A stretch of DNA of 64,000 nt from an uncultured Candidatus Rokubacteria bacterium (GTDB lineage Bacteria; Methylomirabilota; Methylomirabilia; Rokubacteriales; CSP1-6): NCBI GenBank assembly GCA_963827505.1, contig CAWHBD010000003.1, forward strand, positions 1,544,252 to 1,608,251, written 5' to 3'. The notes below the pieces were generated by a model that saw nothing but the letters and a program-made list of their open reading frames with translations, did no database searches and was not told where the DNA came from. This document shows, one piece after another, positions 1 to 10,570 of the stretch. Every line of letters starts with the position of its first letter. The stretch's first letter is position 1. The translations under genes were made by a program, and so were the position numbers.

Positions 1-977
<977 letters not shown>

Positions 978-1616
978 GTGGACGCGCTCGTCGATCTCGC
1001 GACGGGGCTGCTGACCGGCCGCCACGGTCTCGACGACCTCATCCGCTGGGGCGGCTACGCCGTGCTGACGGCCATCGTCTTCACCGAGACGGGACTGCTG
1101 ATCGGCTTCTTCCTGCCGGGGGACTCCCTGCTGATCACGGCCGGGCTGGTCGCGGCGACGGGTCAGCTGAACATCTGGGTGCTCAACGCCCTGCTGATCG
1201 TGGCGGCGGTGGCCGGCGACAGCGTCGGGTACGCGATCGGCCGGCGGGCGGGGCCGCGCCTGTTCACGCGTCCGAAGTCGCTCCTGTTCAACCCCCGCCA
1301 CGTCGAGCGCACGCGTGCCTTCTACGCCCGCCACGGCGCCCGCACCATCGTCATCGCCCGCTTCGTGCCGATCGTGCGCACCTTCGCGCCGGTCGTGGCC
1401 GGAGTCGGTGAGATGGAGTACCGGCGCTTCGTTTTCTACAATGTCGCCGGCGGTGTGGGATGGGTGACGAGCATGACGTGGGCCGGCTATCTGCTGGGGC
1501 AGGTGGTGCCCAACATCAGCGACCACATCCACGTCGTGGTGATCGTCGTGATCGTGCTCTCGCTGATCCCGATCGCCGTCGAGCTCGTCCGGGAGCGGCG
1601 ACGGCGCTCGGTCTAG
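978..1616 (+). CDS. DedA family (VTT domain) membrane protein
   Basis: FTETGLLIGFFLPGDSLL and ARFVPIVRTFAP signature motifs. Confidence 0.92.
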   Translation: MDALVDLATGLLTGRHGLDDLIRWGGYAVLTAIVFTETGLLIGFFLPGDSLLITAGLVAATGQLNIWVLNALLIVAAVAGDSVGYAIGRRAGPRLFTRPKSLLFNPRHVERTRAFYARHGARTIVIARFVPIVRTFAPVVAGVGEMEYRRFVFYNVAGGVGWVTSMTWAGYLLGQVVPNISDHIHVVVIVVIVLSLIPIAVELVRERRRRSV

Positions 1617-2488
1617 TCTTCGGCCGGGCGCTGGCGGCAGCCGCCGCGCGGCTGCCGGCGCCGGTCGCCCTCGGGATCGGGCGGCGCCTCGGCGACCTGG
1701 CCCGGCTGGCCCTGCCGAAGCGTCACCGGGTGGTCGCCACCAACCTCGCCGTCGCCTTCCCCGATCTCTCCCTCCCGGCCCGAAACCGGCTGGCCCGTGC
1801 CTCCTGGCAGCACTTCGGGATGACGGTGGTCGAGTTGGCCCGCTTCCTGGGCCGCCCACTGCAGGCCACGCTCGATGAGCTGACGATCGACGGACTAGAG
1901 CATCTGCGCGCGGTCATGGCCGAGCACGGCCGTGCTCTAATCCTGACCGCGCACCTCGGCAACTGGGAGTACCTGGCAGCCTCCCACCGTCTGATGGGCT
2001 ATCCCCTGGCCATCGTCGTCCGGTCGCTCGACTCTCCGTCGCTCGATCAGCTGGCCCAGGCGATGCGGCAGAAGACCGGAGCCGTGCTGATCGACAAGCG
2101 GGGAGCCCTCCGTCCCGTGCTCCACGCCCTGCGCCGGGGAGGCCTGGTGGGCATCCTGCTGGATCAGAATGCGACCCGACGGGAGGGCGTCTTCGTCCCG
2201 TTCTTCGGCCGCCCCGCCTCCACCTCCCGGAGCCTGGCCCTGCTCGCGCTGCGTACGCGGACCCCGATCGTGCCGATCTTCATCCGGCGGGAGGGACCCG
2301 CCCGTCACCGGGTCGTGGTCGAGCCGGCCCTGGCGACCCCGCCGTTGAATGACCTCGAGCGGGCGACCGTCGAACTCACAGCCCGATGCACCCAGAGAGT
2401 CGAGGCCGCGGTCCGGCAGACGCCCGAGCAGTGGTTGTGGTCCCACGACCGCTGGCGGACCGGCCCGCCCAGCGCCGGCCAGGCTTGA
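1613..2488 (+). CDS. Lipid A biosynthesis lauroyl/myristoyl acyltransferase (LpxL/HtrB family); start uncertain
   Basis: HLGNWE motif, GILLDQN, VPFFGRPA and PEQWLWSHDRWR; no clear start codon near the dedA stop. Confidence 0.85.
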   Translation, partial: LVFGRALAAAAARLPAPVALGIGRRLGDLARLALPKRHRVVATNLAVAFPDLSLPARNRLARASWQHFGMTVVELARFLGRPLQATLDELTIDGLEHLRAVMAEHGRALILTAHLGNWEYLAASHRLMGYPLAIVVRSLDSPSLDQLAQAMRQKTGAVLIDKRGALRPVLHALRRGGLVGILLDQNATRREGVFVPFFGRPASTSRSLALLALRTRTPIVPIFIRREGPARHRVVVEPALATPPLNDLERATVELTARCTQRVEAAVRQTPEQWLWSHDRWRTGPPSAGQA

Positions 2489-3123
2489 TGCGTACGGCAG
2501 CACTGGTGCTCGTCCTGCTCCTCGGCCCCGCCGAGGCATTCGAGATCAGCCTCGAGCCTTATCGCGAGGCCCGACGAGCCGGCGCCCTCGGCATCGTTGC
2601 CGGGCGCGTGGTGGCCGAGCCCAGAACGCGGCGTGCGCCCGGCCGACCGTTTGCCAACACGACCATCACCCTGGTTCCTCATTCCCCATCCGTCCTGGCC
2701 ACGCTCGAGCGGCTCAAGGAGGGCTCGCGCGAGTCGACCAAGGCCTTCACGGCGGCCGCCCCGACCATGCGGAAGACGCTGGAAGGGTACGAACGGGAGC
2801 TGCTGGAGGCGGGGGCCCCTGATCTCAACGCCCTGGTTCTTGTCGATCACGACGGCGGCTTCAAGATCGATGACGTCCCGGCGGGGGCCTGGCTACTGGT
2901 GGCCTGGCACGGCACCCCCGTTGACGTGTCGTCGCCCAAGGCGAAGGCGCGTCAGCGCGACATCTACCAGCCTCAGGCGAGGCTGCAGGGCTACCAGGCG
3001 GTCACCGTCTGGCTCAGGGATCTCACGGTGGGAGGCGGGACGACGACATCGGTGGAGCTGACCGACCGAAACAGCTGGTTTCGTGGGGTTGTCGAGGAGA
3101 AGGTGCCGGACACCGGCCGTTGA
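2488..3123 (+). CDS. Hypothetical exported protein (carboxypeptidase-regulatory/transthyretin-like beta domain possible)
   Basis: ATG overlaps upstream TGA (TGATG); signal peptide MRTAALVLVLLLGPAEA; GGFKIDDVPAGAWLLVAWH pattern. Confidence 0.6.
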   Translation: MRTAALVLVLLLGPAEAFEISLEPYREARRAGALGIVAGRVVAEPRTRRAPGRPFANTTITLVPHSPSVLATLERLKEGSRESTKAFTAAAPTMRKTLEGYERELLEAGAPDLNALVLVDHDGGFKIDDVPAGAWLLVAWHGTPVDVSSPKAKARQRDIYQPQARLQGYQAVTVWLRDLTVGGGTTTSVELTDRNSWFRGVVEEKVPDTGR

Positions 3124-3149
3124 GCCGGCGTCCAGCACCAGACCCTCAA

Positions 3150-3608
3150 CTACTTCTTCGCTTCGTCCTTCTTCGGGGCGTCCGCCTTCGGTGCCTCGGC
3201 GGCCTTCTTCGGCGCAAGCACCATCACGGCGTCGGCGACGTTCTTACCCTCGTGCTCGTGATAGCGCACGTTCACCGGATCACCGGCGGCGAGGTCGCCA
3301 GCGGTGATGTCCTTGCCGGCCTTGCGGATCTTCGTGGCCTTCGGATCGACGGCGAACGTCCAGTCGGTGGCCTTGCCCGTCTTGGCCTTGCCTGAGACCA
3401 CGAGGCTGTCAGCGGTGGCCGTCTTCACGGTGCCACTGGCATTGTGGGCAGCGGGCTTCTTCGGCTCCGCAGGCTTCTCGGCCTTCTTCTCTTCCTTCGG
3501 CGCGGCAGCGGGGGCCGGCGTCGGTGCCGGCTGGCCCTGCGCCGGTACGCTGCCAGCGATTCCTGCCACGAACGCCACTCCGAGCATCAGTGCGATCAGT
3601 CTCTTCAC
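3150..3608 (-). CDS. Secreted Lys/Ala-rich protein with a DUF5666/CusF-like OB-fold domain
   Basis: GTG start preceded by GGAGG; signal peptide MKRLIALMLGVAFVAG; G-V-K...T-K-I...DL-AGD-V-V-Y pattern. Confidence 0.7.
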   Translation of the reverse strand: MKRLIALMLGVAFVAGIAGSVPAQGQPAPTPAPAAAPKEEKKAEKPAEPKKPAAHNASGTVKTATADSLVVSGKAKTGKATDWTFAVDPKATKIRKAGKDITAGDLAAGDPVNVRYHEHEGKNVADAVMVLAPKKAAEAPKADAPKKDEAKK

Positions 3609-3788
3609 GGCTCTTCCTCCAGGTACGACGTATCGGGTTTGCGTTTTCGCATGAAGAACATTCCCAGACCATTCAGACGTGTGCGGTCCTCTCGCCTCCC
3701 CTCTAAGTGTCAGGAAACTAAACACAAAATATGAGGGCCCCTTCGTCGCCCGGAAAGGGCCAGCCCCGTTGACCGGTCCCCGGCGCCT

Positions 3789-5153
3789 ATGGTAAAAAAT
3801 AACCGGGCTTTCACCCCAAATATGACCATTCAACCCCGTTTCGCCGTTGCCTCAGCCCTTTTCCTCTTCGTTTTGGCGTCGGGCAGCATCATGCCCGTCG
3901 CCGTCGAATCGTTCTGGCCTGACGGCGCCACCGGTGTGGACCACGCCGTGGTGCCTGCGCCCCTCGACGAAGGCCGTCCGGACCTACTCGTTGAACAGTG
4001 GCTCGACGGAGTGGGTTCCGTAGCCGAGCAGGAGGCGGCGAGCGAGACAGAGCCCGCCGGGGTTGATCCGTGGGCCGACGCCTTTGCCGAATCGAGCCGC
4101 GCCGCCGTCGTCGCCCAGCCTCAGGAGGCCCCTTCGACGTATCCGGTCACCGTCAACCCCCAGGTGCAACGCTTCCTCGATCGTTTCACAGGCGCCCGTC
4201 GGGATGTCGTGAACCTCTGGGCCGGCCGTTCCGGGCGGTACCTCGGGATGATCCGCGAAGTGCTGAAGAGCCGTGGCCTTCCCGAGGAACTGGCCTACAC
4301 CGCCATGATCGAGAGCGGATTCAACCCGCTCGCCGTCTCCCGGGTAGGTGCCAAGGGTATGTGGCAGTTCATGGCGGCCACCGCGCGTCGTTACGGGCTC
4401 CGGGTCGACCAGTGGATCGATGAGCGCCTGGATCCGGAAAAGTCGACGGTCGCGGCGTCGAAGTACCTGCGCGACCTGTACAACATGTTCGGCTCGTGGG
4501 CCCTGGCGCAGGCGGCATACAACGCGGGCGAGGTGAAGGTAAGTCGGGCCATCCGGGCCACGGGCTCGTCGGATTTCTGGACCCTGGCGAAGACCAACCA
4601 CCTGCGGACCGAGACCAAGGACTTCGTGCCGGCGATCCACGCTGCCACGCTCATCGCCCAGAACCCGGCCCAGTACGGGTTCGAGTTCCGCGAGGCAGGG
4701 GCTCCCGGCATCGAGACCGTCGCCGTACCGCCGTCGACCGATCTTCGGCGGCTGGCCGCCAAGGCGGGCATCGCGCCCGCTGCCCTGCAGACGCTCAATC
4801 CCACGGTGGTCCGCTCGATCACCCCCCCGGGCGACCCCTGGCACATCCAGGTGCCCGTCGGCACCAGCACGGACGTGCTTTCCGCTCTGGCGCCGCCTCC
4901 CGCGCCTCGGCGGTCGACGCCCGCCACCACCGTACGGGGCGGTACGAAGCGAGCCAGCGCTTCCGCTGACGACGTCCACGTCGTCCAGCCTCGAGACACC
5001 GTCGGCTCGATCGCCAAGCAGTACGGCGTTGCGGTCCGGGACGTGCTCCGCTGGAACCGCCTTCAGAACGACGCACGGATCCGGCCAGGTGACCGCATCC
5101 GGGTTGCCGACTCCCGCTCGCCCCTGTCCGAAGGACAGGGCGGGTTCAGGTGA
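3789..5153 (+). CDS. Lytic transglycosylase (MltD-like SLT domain plus LysM); start may be slightly downstream
   Basis: IESGFNP, GMWQFM and AAYNAGE SLT motifs; C-terminal LysM HVVQPRDTVGSIAKQYGV. Confidence 0.9.
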   Translation: MVKNNRAFTPNMTIQPRFAVASALFLFVLASGSIMPVAVESFWPDGATGVDHAVVPAPLDEGRPDLLVEQWLDGVGSVAEQEAASETEPAGVDPWADAFAESSRAAVVAQPQEAPSTYPVTVNPQVQRFLDRFTGARRDVVNLWAGRSGRYLGMIREVLKSRGLPEELAYTAMIESGFNPLAVSRVGAKGMWQFMAATARRYGLRVDQWIDERLDPEKSTVAASKYLRDLYNMFGSWALAQAAYNAGEVKVSRAIRATGSSDFWTLAKTNHLRTETKDFVPAIHAATLIAQNPAQYGFEFREAGAPGIETVAVPPSTDLRRLAAKAGIAPAALQTLNPTVVRSITPPGDPWHIQVPVGTSTDVLSALAPPPAPRRSTPATTVRGGTKRASASADDVHVVQPRDTVGSIAKQYGVAVRDVLRWNRLQNDARIRPGDRIRVADSRSPLSEGQGGFR

Positions 5154-5392
5154 GGATCGAAGTCCAGCTCTTCGCGACTCTCGCCGCATTCCTGCCCCCG
5201 GACAGCCGGGAAGGGGCGGCAACGATCGAGGTTCCCGACCGCAGCACCGTCCGTGACGTCATTGAGCGCCTGCGTCTGCCGGCGGACCTCGAGCGCGTCA
5301 CCCTCGTGAATGGCGGTGACGCCGAGCCCGAGCGCCCCCTGCGCCCCGGCGATGTCGTGGCCGTGTTTCCCCCGCTGGCCGGCGGCGACTGA
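5150..5392 (+). CDS. MoaD/ThiS family sulfur-carrier (ubiquitin-like) protein
   Basis: 80 aa; MRIEVQLFATL...LVNG...LRPGDVVAVFPPLAGG-D; GTGA overlap with upstream stop. Confidence 0.88.
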   Translation: MRIEVQLFATLAAFLPPDSREGAATIEVPDRSTVRDVIERLRLPADLERVTLVNGGDAEPERPLRPGDVVAVFPPLAGGD

Positions 5393-5433
5393 GCTCGGGC
5401 CGCCCTCGGTCTCATCAGCCCCGCGATCCGCGG

Positions 5434-5442
5434 TGGTACACT
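5434..5442 (+). promoter_or_regulatory. Putative extended -10 promoter (TG-n-TACACT) for tRNA-Sec and the sel cluster
   Basis: TGGTACACT about 32 nt upstream of the tRNA 5' end. Confidence 0.45.
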
Positions 5443-5474
5443 CATCTGGCCGAAACGGAGCGCACCGGAGCACC

Positions 5475-5572
5475 GGAAGCGTCTAGGAACCCGGTGGGCC
5501 TCCCGGACTTCAAATCCGGTGTCCGGCTCTAGACAAGCTGGAGGTGGGTTCGACTCCCACACGCTTCCGCCA
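5475..5572 (+). tRNA. selC: tRNA-Sec (anticodon UCA)
   Basis: 8-bp acceptor stem GGAAGCGT/ACGCTTCC; anticodon arm CCGGA-CTTCAAA-TCCGG; long variable arm; GTTCGAC T-loop; encoded CCA end; next to selA/selB. Confidence 0.97.
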
Positions 5573-5588
5573 TTGGGAACGAGGACCA

Positions 5589-6137
5589 TGGCCAGGGATC
5601 AGGGAAAGGGCAAGGGCGCCAGGACCAAGCCCGGATCGGGACGCGTCGCTCAAGGTGGGGGCGTCCGTCGCCGCGGTCGTCGTCGTGGCGGCCATCGTGG
5701 GTTGGTTCGCCTACCGGGCTGCGGCCGATCTGCCCGGCGAGAAGCTGCCCGACCTGGGCAACGAGCACATCCAGACCTCGTCCGACCCGCGACGTCGCCT
5801 ACAATTCCGACCCGCCGACGTCGGGCCCCCATCTGCCGTACATCGCCCCGTGGGGCGTGCACACCCGGCCCATCCCGCTCGAGCTGCAGGTCCACAACCT
5901 GGAGGATGGCGGCGTGGTCGTGCAGTACAACTGCGACCTGCCCCGAACTGGTCGACAAGCTGCGCGGCATCGTCACAAAGTACGACAAGCACGTGATCCT
6001 GGCGCCCGTATCCCGGGATGAAGTCGCGGATCGCGCTCACCGCGTGGACCCGGCTGGACGCGTTCGAGGAGTTCGACGAGGTCGCGCATCGTCCGGTTCA
6101 TCGAGACGTACCGAGGGATCGACCATCACAAGCGTAG
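5589..6137 (+). CDS. DUF3105 domain-containing membrane-anchored protein (frameshifted, probably sequencing error)
   Basis: Stitched frames give YNSDPPTSGPH, VHNLEDGGVVVQYNC and IALTAWTR after an N-terminal TM segment. Confidence 0.8.
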
Positions 6138-6144
6138 GTGGGGC

Positions 6145-6633
6145 ATGACGCCCCTGGCCGTGGCTCGCGGCTCTGATCGCGTCTCTGGGCGCTGGCCGGC
6201 TGCGCGCGGCCCTTCGTCTCGCCACTGGCGCCGCCACCGTACCGGGCGGAGATCCCGGCCGCCTACGCGCGACGTGGCGCGCGCTCGTCCGGGCGCTTCG
6301 CCCGCGAGAACCTGCCCCTACGGGCCATCGCTCGGGACTCCGGGGTGATCGCCTCCGACGACTTCGTCACCCCGATCGGGCTCTAGGCCGACTGCGGCAC
6401 GGATCGGCGAGGATCGGCTGGAGGGCGAGGCGCTCGTGTCCTTCACGCTGTTCGTCCGAGGCCAACGGCGCCGACAGCACCCGCGTGCAGGTGAACTCCA
6501 AGATGCGAACGCAGGGGCACCGCAAGGGTGACTCCGGCAAGCTGCGGGTGCCGACCCGTGTATCCGTGCGTCGTCGACCGGGCGCTTGGAGGCGAACCTG
6601 GTCGACGCCGTGCGCGAGCTCGTGAAGGAGTAG
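6145..6633 (+). CDS. Hypothetical protein, possibly a lipoprotein (multiple indels, one in-frame TAG)
   Basis: Stitched reading RENLPLRAIARDSGVIASDDFVTPIGL*ADCG...EGEALVSFTLFVRG...EANLVDAVRELVKE*. Confidence 0.5.
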
Positions 6634-6636
6634 CGC

Positions 6637-6920
6637 GTGCCGTCCCGCCTGGCCGAACTCATCCGGCGCGCCCGTCGTCTGGCCGCCGAGCGAGACCGCT
6701 TGATCGAGTCCCTGGCGCGCGACTGGACCCGCGCCCTGCGCGGCCAGCGGCTGTCGGCCTCCGACCTCGACGAGCTGTGGGCGTGGCCTCACCGAGGAGG
6801 CGGTGCGCCGGCGGCTGCGGTGCGCCAGTGAAGGCCGCTGGACCGCCCAGGCCTGGCGGCGGAGGCGCACGAGGTCATCGCGCCGCGTCAGGCGCCAAGG
6901 TCGAGGCGGCTCGCGCGTGA
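6637..6920 (+). CDS. Small helical hypothetical protein (frameshifted)
   Basis: GTG after AGGAG; SRLAELIRRARRLAAERDRLIESLARDW; stop overlaps the selA start region. Confidence 0.5.
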
Positions 6921-8343
6921 AGCGGCTGACCGCCGCCGGCCGCTCCGCGGGCTGCCCTCGGTCGACGCGGTCCTCGCGCGCGCTGGACGGCGCCGCCACG
7001 CGTCAAGGGGATGCCGCGGGCCCGCCTGACGTCGCATGCGTGCGCGAGGTGCTCGACGCCGAGCGGCGCCGCGTGCTGGCCGGCGATCGGCCGCGCCGCG
7101 CCGACGTCGAGGCGCTCGCGGCCCGCGTGGTCGAGGCGCGGGCAGGCGAGCCGGTGTCTTCTCGCTGCGCGCCGGTCATCAACGCCACAGGGCGTGGTGC
7201 TGCACACGAATCTGGGCCGGGCGCTCCTCAGCCCGCTGGCGCTGGAGCGGGTGGCGGCGGTGGGCGCGGCCTACTCCAACCTCGAGCTGGATCTCGCCTC
7301 CAAGGAGCGCGGCTCGCGCTACAGCCACGTGGAGGCGCTGCTGCGCCGGCTCACCGGCGCCGAGGACGCGCTCGTCGTCAACAACAACGCGGCGGCGGTG
7401 CTGCTGGCGCTGGAGACGCTGGCCCACGGCAAGGAGGTCATCGTCTCCCGCGGGGAGCTGATCGAGATCGGCGGCGAGTTCCGGATCCCCGACATCATGC
7501 GCCGGGGCGGGGCCGTGCTGCGCGAGGTGGGCGCCACCAACCGCACGCACCTGCGCGACTACGCCGAGGCGATCGGGCCCGACACCGCGCTCCTCCTGAA
7601 GGTCCACACCTCGAACTACCGCGTCGTCGGGTTCACGGCGGACGTGAGCTCGCGGGAGCTGGCCGAGCTGGGACGGCAGCGCGGGATCCCCGTGATGGAG
7701 GACCTCGGCTCGGGCTCGCTCGTCGACCTGCGGCCGTAGGGATTCCCGTACGAGCCCACGGTGCCCGAGGTGGTGGCCTCCGGCGTGGATCTCGTGTCGT
7801 TCTCCGGCGACAAGCTGCTCGGCGGTCCCCAGGCCGGGATCCTCGTCGGCCGCCGGCGAGGTCGTGGCCCGGCTCAAGAAGAACCCGTGGAACCGCGCGC
7901 TGCGCATCGACAAGTTCACGATCGCCGCCCTGGAGGCGACGCTCTACGCCTACGAGGCGGGGACCGCGCGCGAGACGATTCCCACGCTGCGCGCGCTGAC
8001 CGAGCCGCTCGGCGACGTCCGCCGCGCGCGCCCGCCGACTGCTCGGACGCCTGGCTCCGGCCGACCCGCGCGAGCCTGGCCCCCGACCTGGTGGAGGACC
8101 ATGCCGAGGTCGGCGGCGGCGCGCTGCCCACGGTGGAGCTGCCCACCGTCGGCCTCGCGGTCGGCGCCACCCCGGCCGCCGCCGCGCGCCCTCGACGTGG
8201 CGCTCCGCACGGGCGATCCGCCCATCGTGGGCCGCATGCTGGACGATCGGCTGTTCCTGGACTGTCGCACCGTGCTGCCTCACCAGATTCCGGCGCTGGC
8301 CGCCGCTCTCGCCCACGCCGCCTTGCCGATCGCGTCGAGCTAG
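6917..8343 (+). CDS. selA: L-seryl-tRNA(Sec) selenium transferase (frameshifted, one in-frame TAG at 7737-7739)
   Basis: [37 protein letters not shown] and [13 protein letters not shown] motifs. Confidence 0.95.
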
Positions 8344-8361
8344 GATTCGCCGGCGCCCGTC

Positions 8362-10265
8362 ATGAAGCACGTCGTCGTCGGGACCGCCGGCCACATCGAT
8401 CACGGCAAGACGTCGCTGGTGAAGGCGCTGACCGGCACCGACACCGACCGACTTCCCGAGGAGAAGGCGCGCGGCATCACGATCGACCTCGGCTTCGCCT
8501 TCCTGGAGGAGCCGGACGGCCTTACGATCGAGATCGTCGACGTCCCCGGCCACGAGCGCTTCGTCAAGAACATGCTGGCCGGCGTCGGCGGCATCGACCT
8601 CGCCATGCTGGTCATCGCCGCCGACGAGGGCGTGATGCCGCAGACTCGCGAGCACCTCGGCATCTGCTCGCTCCTGCACGTGCGCCGGGGGCTGGTCGTG
8701 CTCACCAAGACCGACCTCGTCGAGCCGGACTGGCTGGAGCTGGTGCGGGAGGACGTCGTCGGGCTCGTGCGCGGCACCTTCCTGGACGGCGGCCCGATCG
8801 TCGGCGTCTCGGCGAAAACCGGGGAGGGGATCGCCGAGCTGCGCGCCACGCTACGCACGCTGGCGGCCACGGTGCCGGCGCGGGGCACGGACCAGCTGCC
8901 GCGGCTGCCGATCGATCGCGTGTTCACGATCAAGGGCTTCGGCACCGTCATCACCGGCACGCTGATGGCCGGGCGGCTGCGCGTCGACGATCGGGTCGAG
9001 GTGTTCCCGCGCCGGCGTGCAGGCGAAAGTGCGGGGTCTGCAGGCCCACGGCCATGCCGTCACCGAGTCGAGCGCCGGCCAGCGCACGGCCGTGAATCTT
9101 CAGGGCGTGGAGCGCGTGGCCGTCGATCGAGGCGACGTGCTCGGCCTGGCCGGCACGCTGGTGCCCTCGGAGCTCGTGGACGGCACGCTCGAGCTGCTGG
9201 CCGACGCGCCGCGCCCGCTCAAGACCCGCGACCGCGTGCGCGTTCCATACCGGCACCAGCGAGATCATGGCCCGCGTGCTCCTGCTCGATCGCCAGGAGC
9301 TGACGCCGGGCGAGTCGACGCTTGCGCGCCTGCGCCTGGAGGCTCCGCTGGTGGCGCTGCCCGGCGATCGGTTCGTGATCCGCTCCTACTCGCCGATGGT
9401 GACGATCGGCGGCGGCACGCTGCTCGACATCGCGCCGCCACGGTTCAAGCGCAAGGCGCCCGCGCTCTTGGCCCATCTCACGCTCCTGCGCGAGGACCGC
9501 CCCGAGGCCGTCGTCGAGGAGCACGTTCGCCACGCCGGCGGCGGCGGCGTCCGGGTGGCCCCGCTATCGGGCCGGGTGCCGTTCGGTCCCGAGCGGCTGC
9601 GCGGCCTGCTCGACGTGCTGCAGGCCGGAGGCCGGATCGTGGCGATCGACCGCGACTGGTTCGTGCACGGAGAAGCGCTGGCGCGACTGCGCGACCTCGC
9701 GGTCGCCACCCTCGAGCAGTTCCACCGGGCCTCGCCGCTGCGCCCCGGCATGTCGCGCGAGGAGCTGCGCGGCCGGGCGGGCGCGCCGGACGAGCGCGTC
9801 TTCGCCCACTTGCTCGGCGCGCTGGAGACGGACGGGATCGTGCGCACCGACCGGGACAAGGTGTCTTTGGCCGCGCACTCGGTGCGCCTGTCCCCGGAGC
9901 AGCAGAAGGCGGCCGACCGGCTGGAGCAGGAGTTCCTGACCGCGGCGGCCGCTCCCCCCAGTCCGGAGGAGGCGCTCGCCCGGGCCGGACAGTCCGGCGA
10001 CGAGGAGCACGAGCTCTTCCAGGTTTTGGTCGAGGCCCGGAAGCTGGTCCGGGTGAAGGAGTCGCTCTATTTCCACGCCCAGGCCCTGGAGGCCATCCAG
10101 GACAAGCTCGTGGCCATGCTGCGGGAGCGCAAGGAGATCGGCCCGGGCGACATCAAGGACCTGCTCGGGATCTCCCGCAAGTACGCCATCCCATTGCTGG
10201 AATTCTTCGATTCCCGCCGGGTAACCGCCCGGGTCGGGGAGCGCAGGGTCTTGCGCGGGGCGTAA
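8362..10265 (+). CDS. selB: Selenocysteine-specific elongation factor (two apparent frameshifts)
   Basis: [17 protein letters not shown] and RLPIDRVF; C-terminal winged helix [14 protein letters not shown]. Confidence 0.96.
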
Positions 10266-10307
10266 GGCGGGGAGTAAGGTGTTGACGTCCGAGAAAAGGA
10301 GCCACCC

Positions 10308-10496
10308 ATGTTTGGCCTGGGCTATCAAGAACTGCTGATCATCCTGGTGATCGTGCTGATCCTCTTCGGAGCCAATCGCTTGCCCGAGCTCGCCAAGTCC
10401 CTGGGGTCGAGCGTCAAGGAGTTCAAGAAGGGCGTCAACGAGATCAAGGCCGAGGAGCCGCCCGCCGCGCGCAAGGAAGAGGAGAAGAAGGCCTAG
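10308..10496 (+). CDS. tatA: Twin-arginine translocase TatA/TatE
   Basis: [33 protein letters not shown]; AGGAG SD. Confidence 0.93.
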   Translation: MFGLGYQELLIILVIVLILFGANRLPELAKSLGSSVKEFKKGVNEIKAEEPPAARKEEEKKA

Positions 10497-10570
10497 CCGC
10501 TCCTCTCGCGCCCCCGCCGCCGCTCCTCCGCCTCCAGTACCCTGCGCCCCCGCGTATACTCGATCCTCGC

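Noticed and set aside
1460-1616. Long N-terminal extension of the acyltransferase overlapping dedA
   Set aside because: The upstream portion is an off-frame read of dedA; family similarity begins only near 1615, so the true start is unresolved
5572-6920. Integrative element inserted at tRNA-Sec
   Set aside because: No integrase, no duplicated tRNA 3' end noticed and no compositional shift
6384-7739. In-frame TAG codons at 6384-6386 (PIGL*ADCG) and in selA at 7737-7739 (DLRP*GFP) as amber recoding or pyrrolysine
   Set aside because: TAG is the ordinary stop of hppA, dedA, tatA, glmU and ctpA here, no pyl genes are present, and both sites lie in the most error-rich zone; single-base errors are more likely
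5475-10265. A selenoprotein gene (in-frame UGA plus SECIS) near the sel cluster
   Set aside because: I found no UGA at a conserved Cys position; the visible breaks are indels. A computational SECIS scan was not possible
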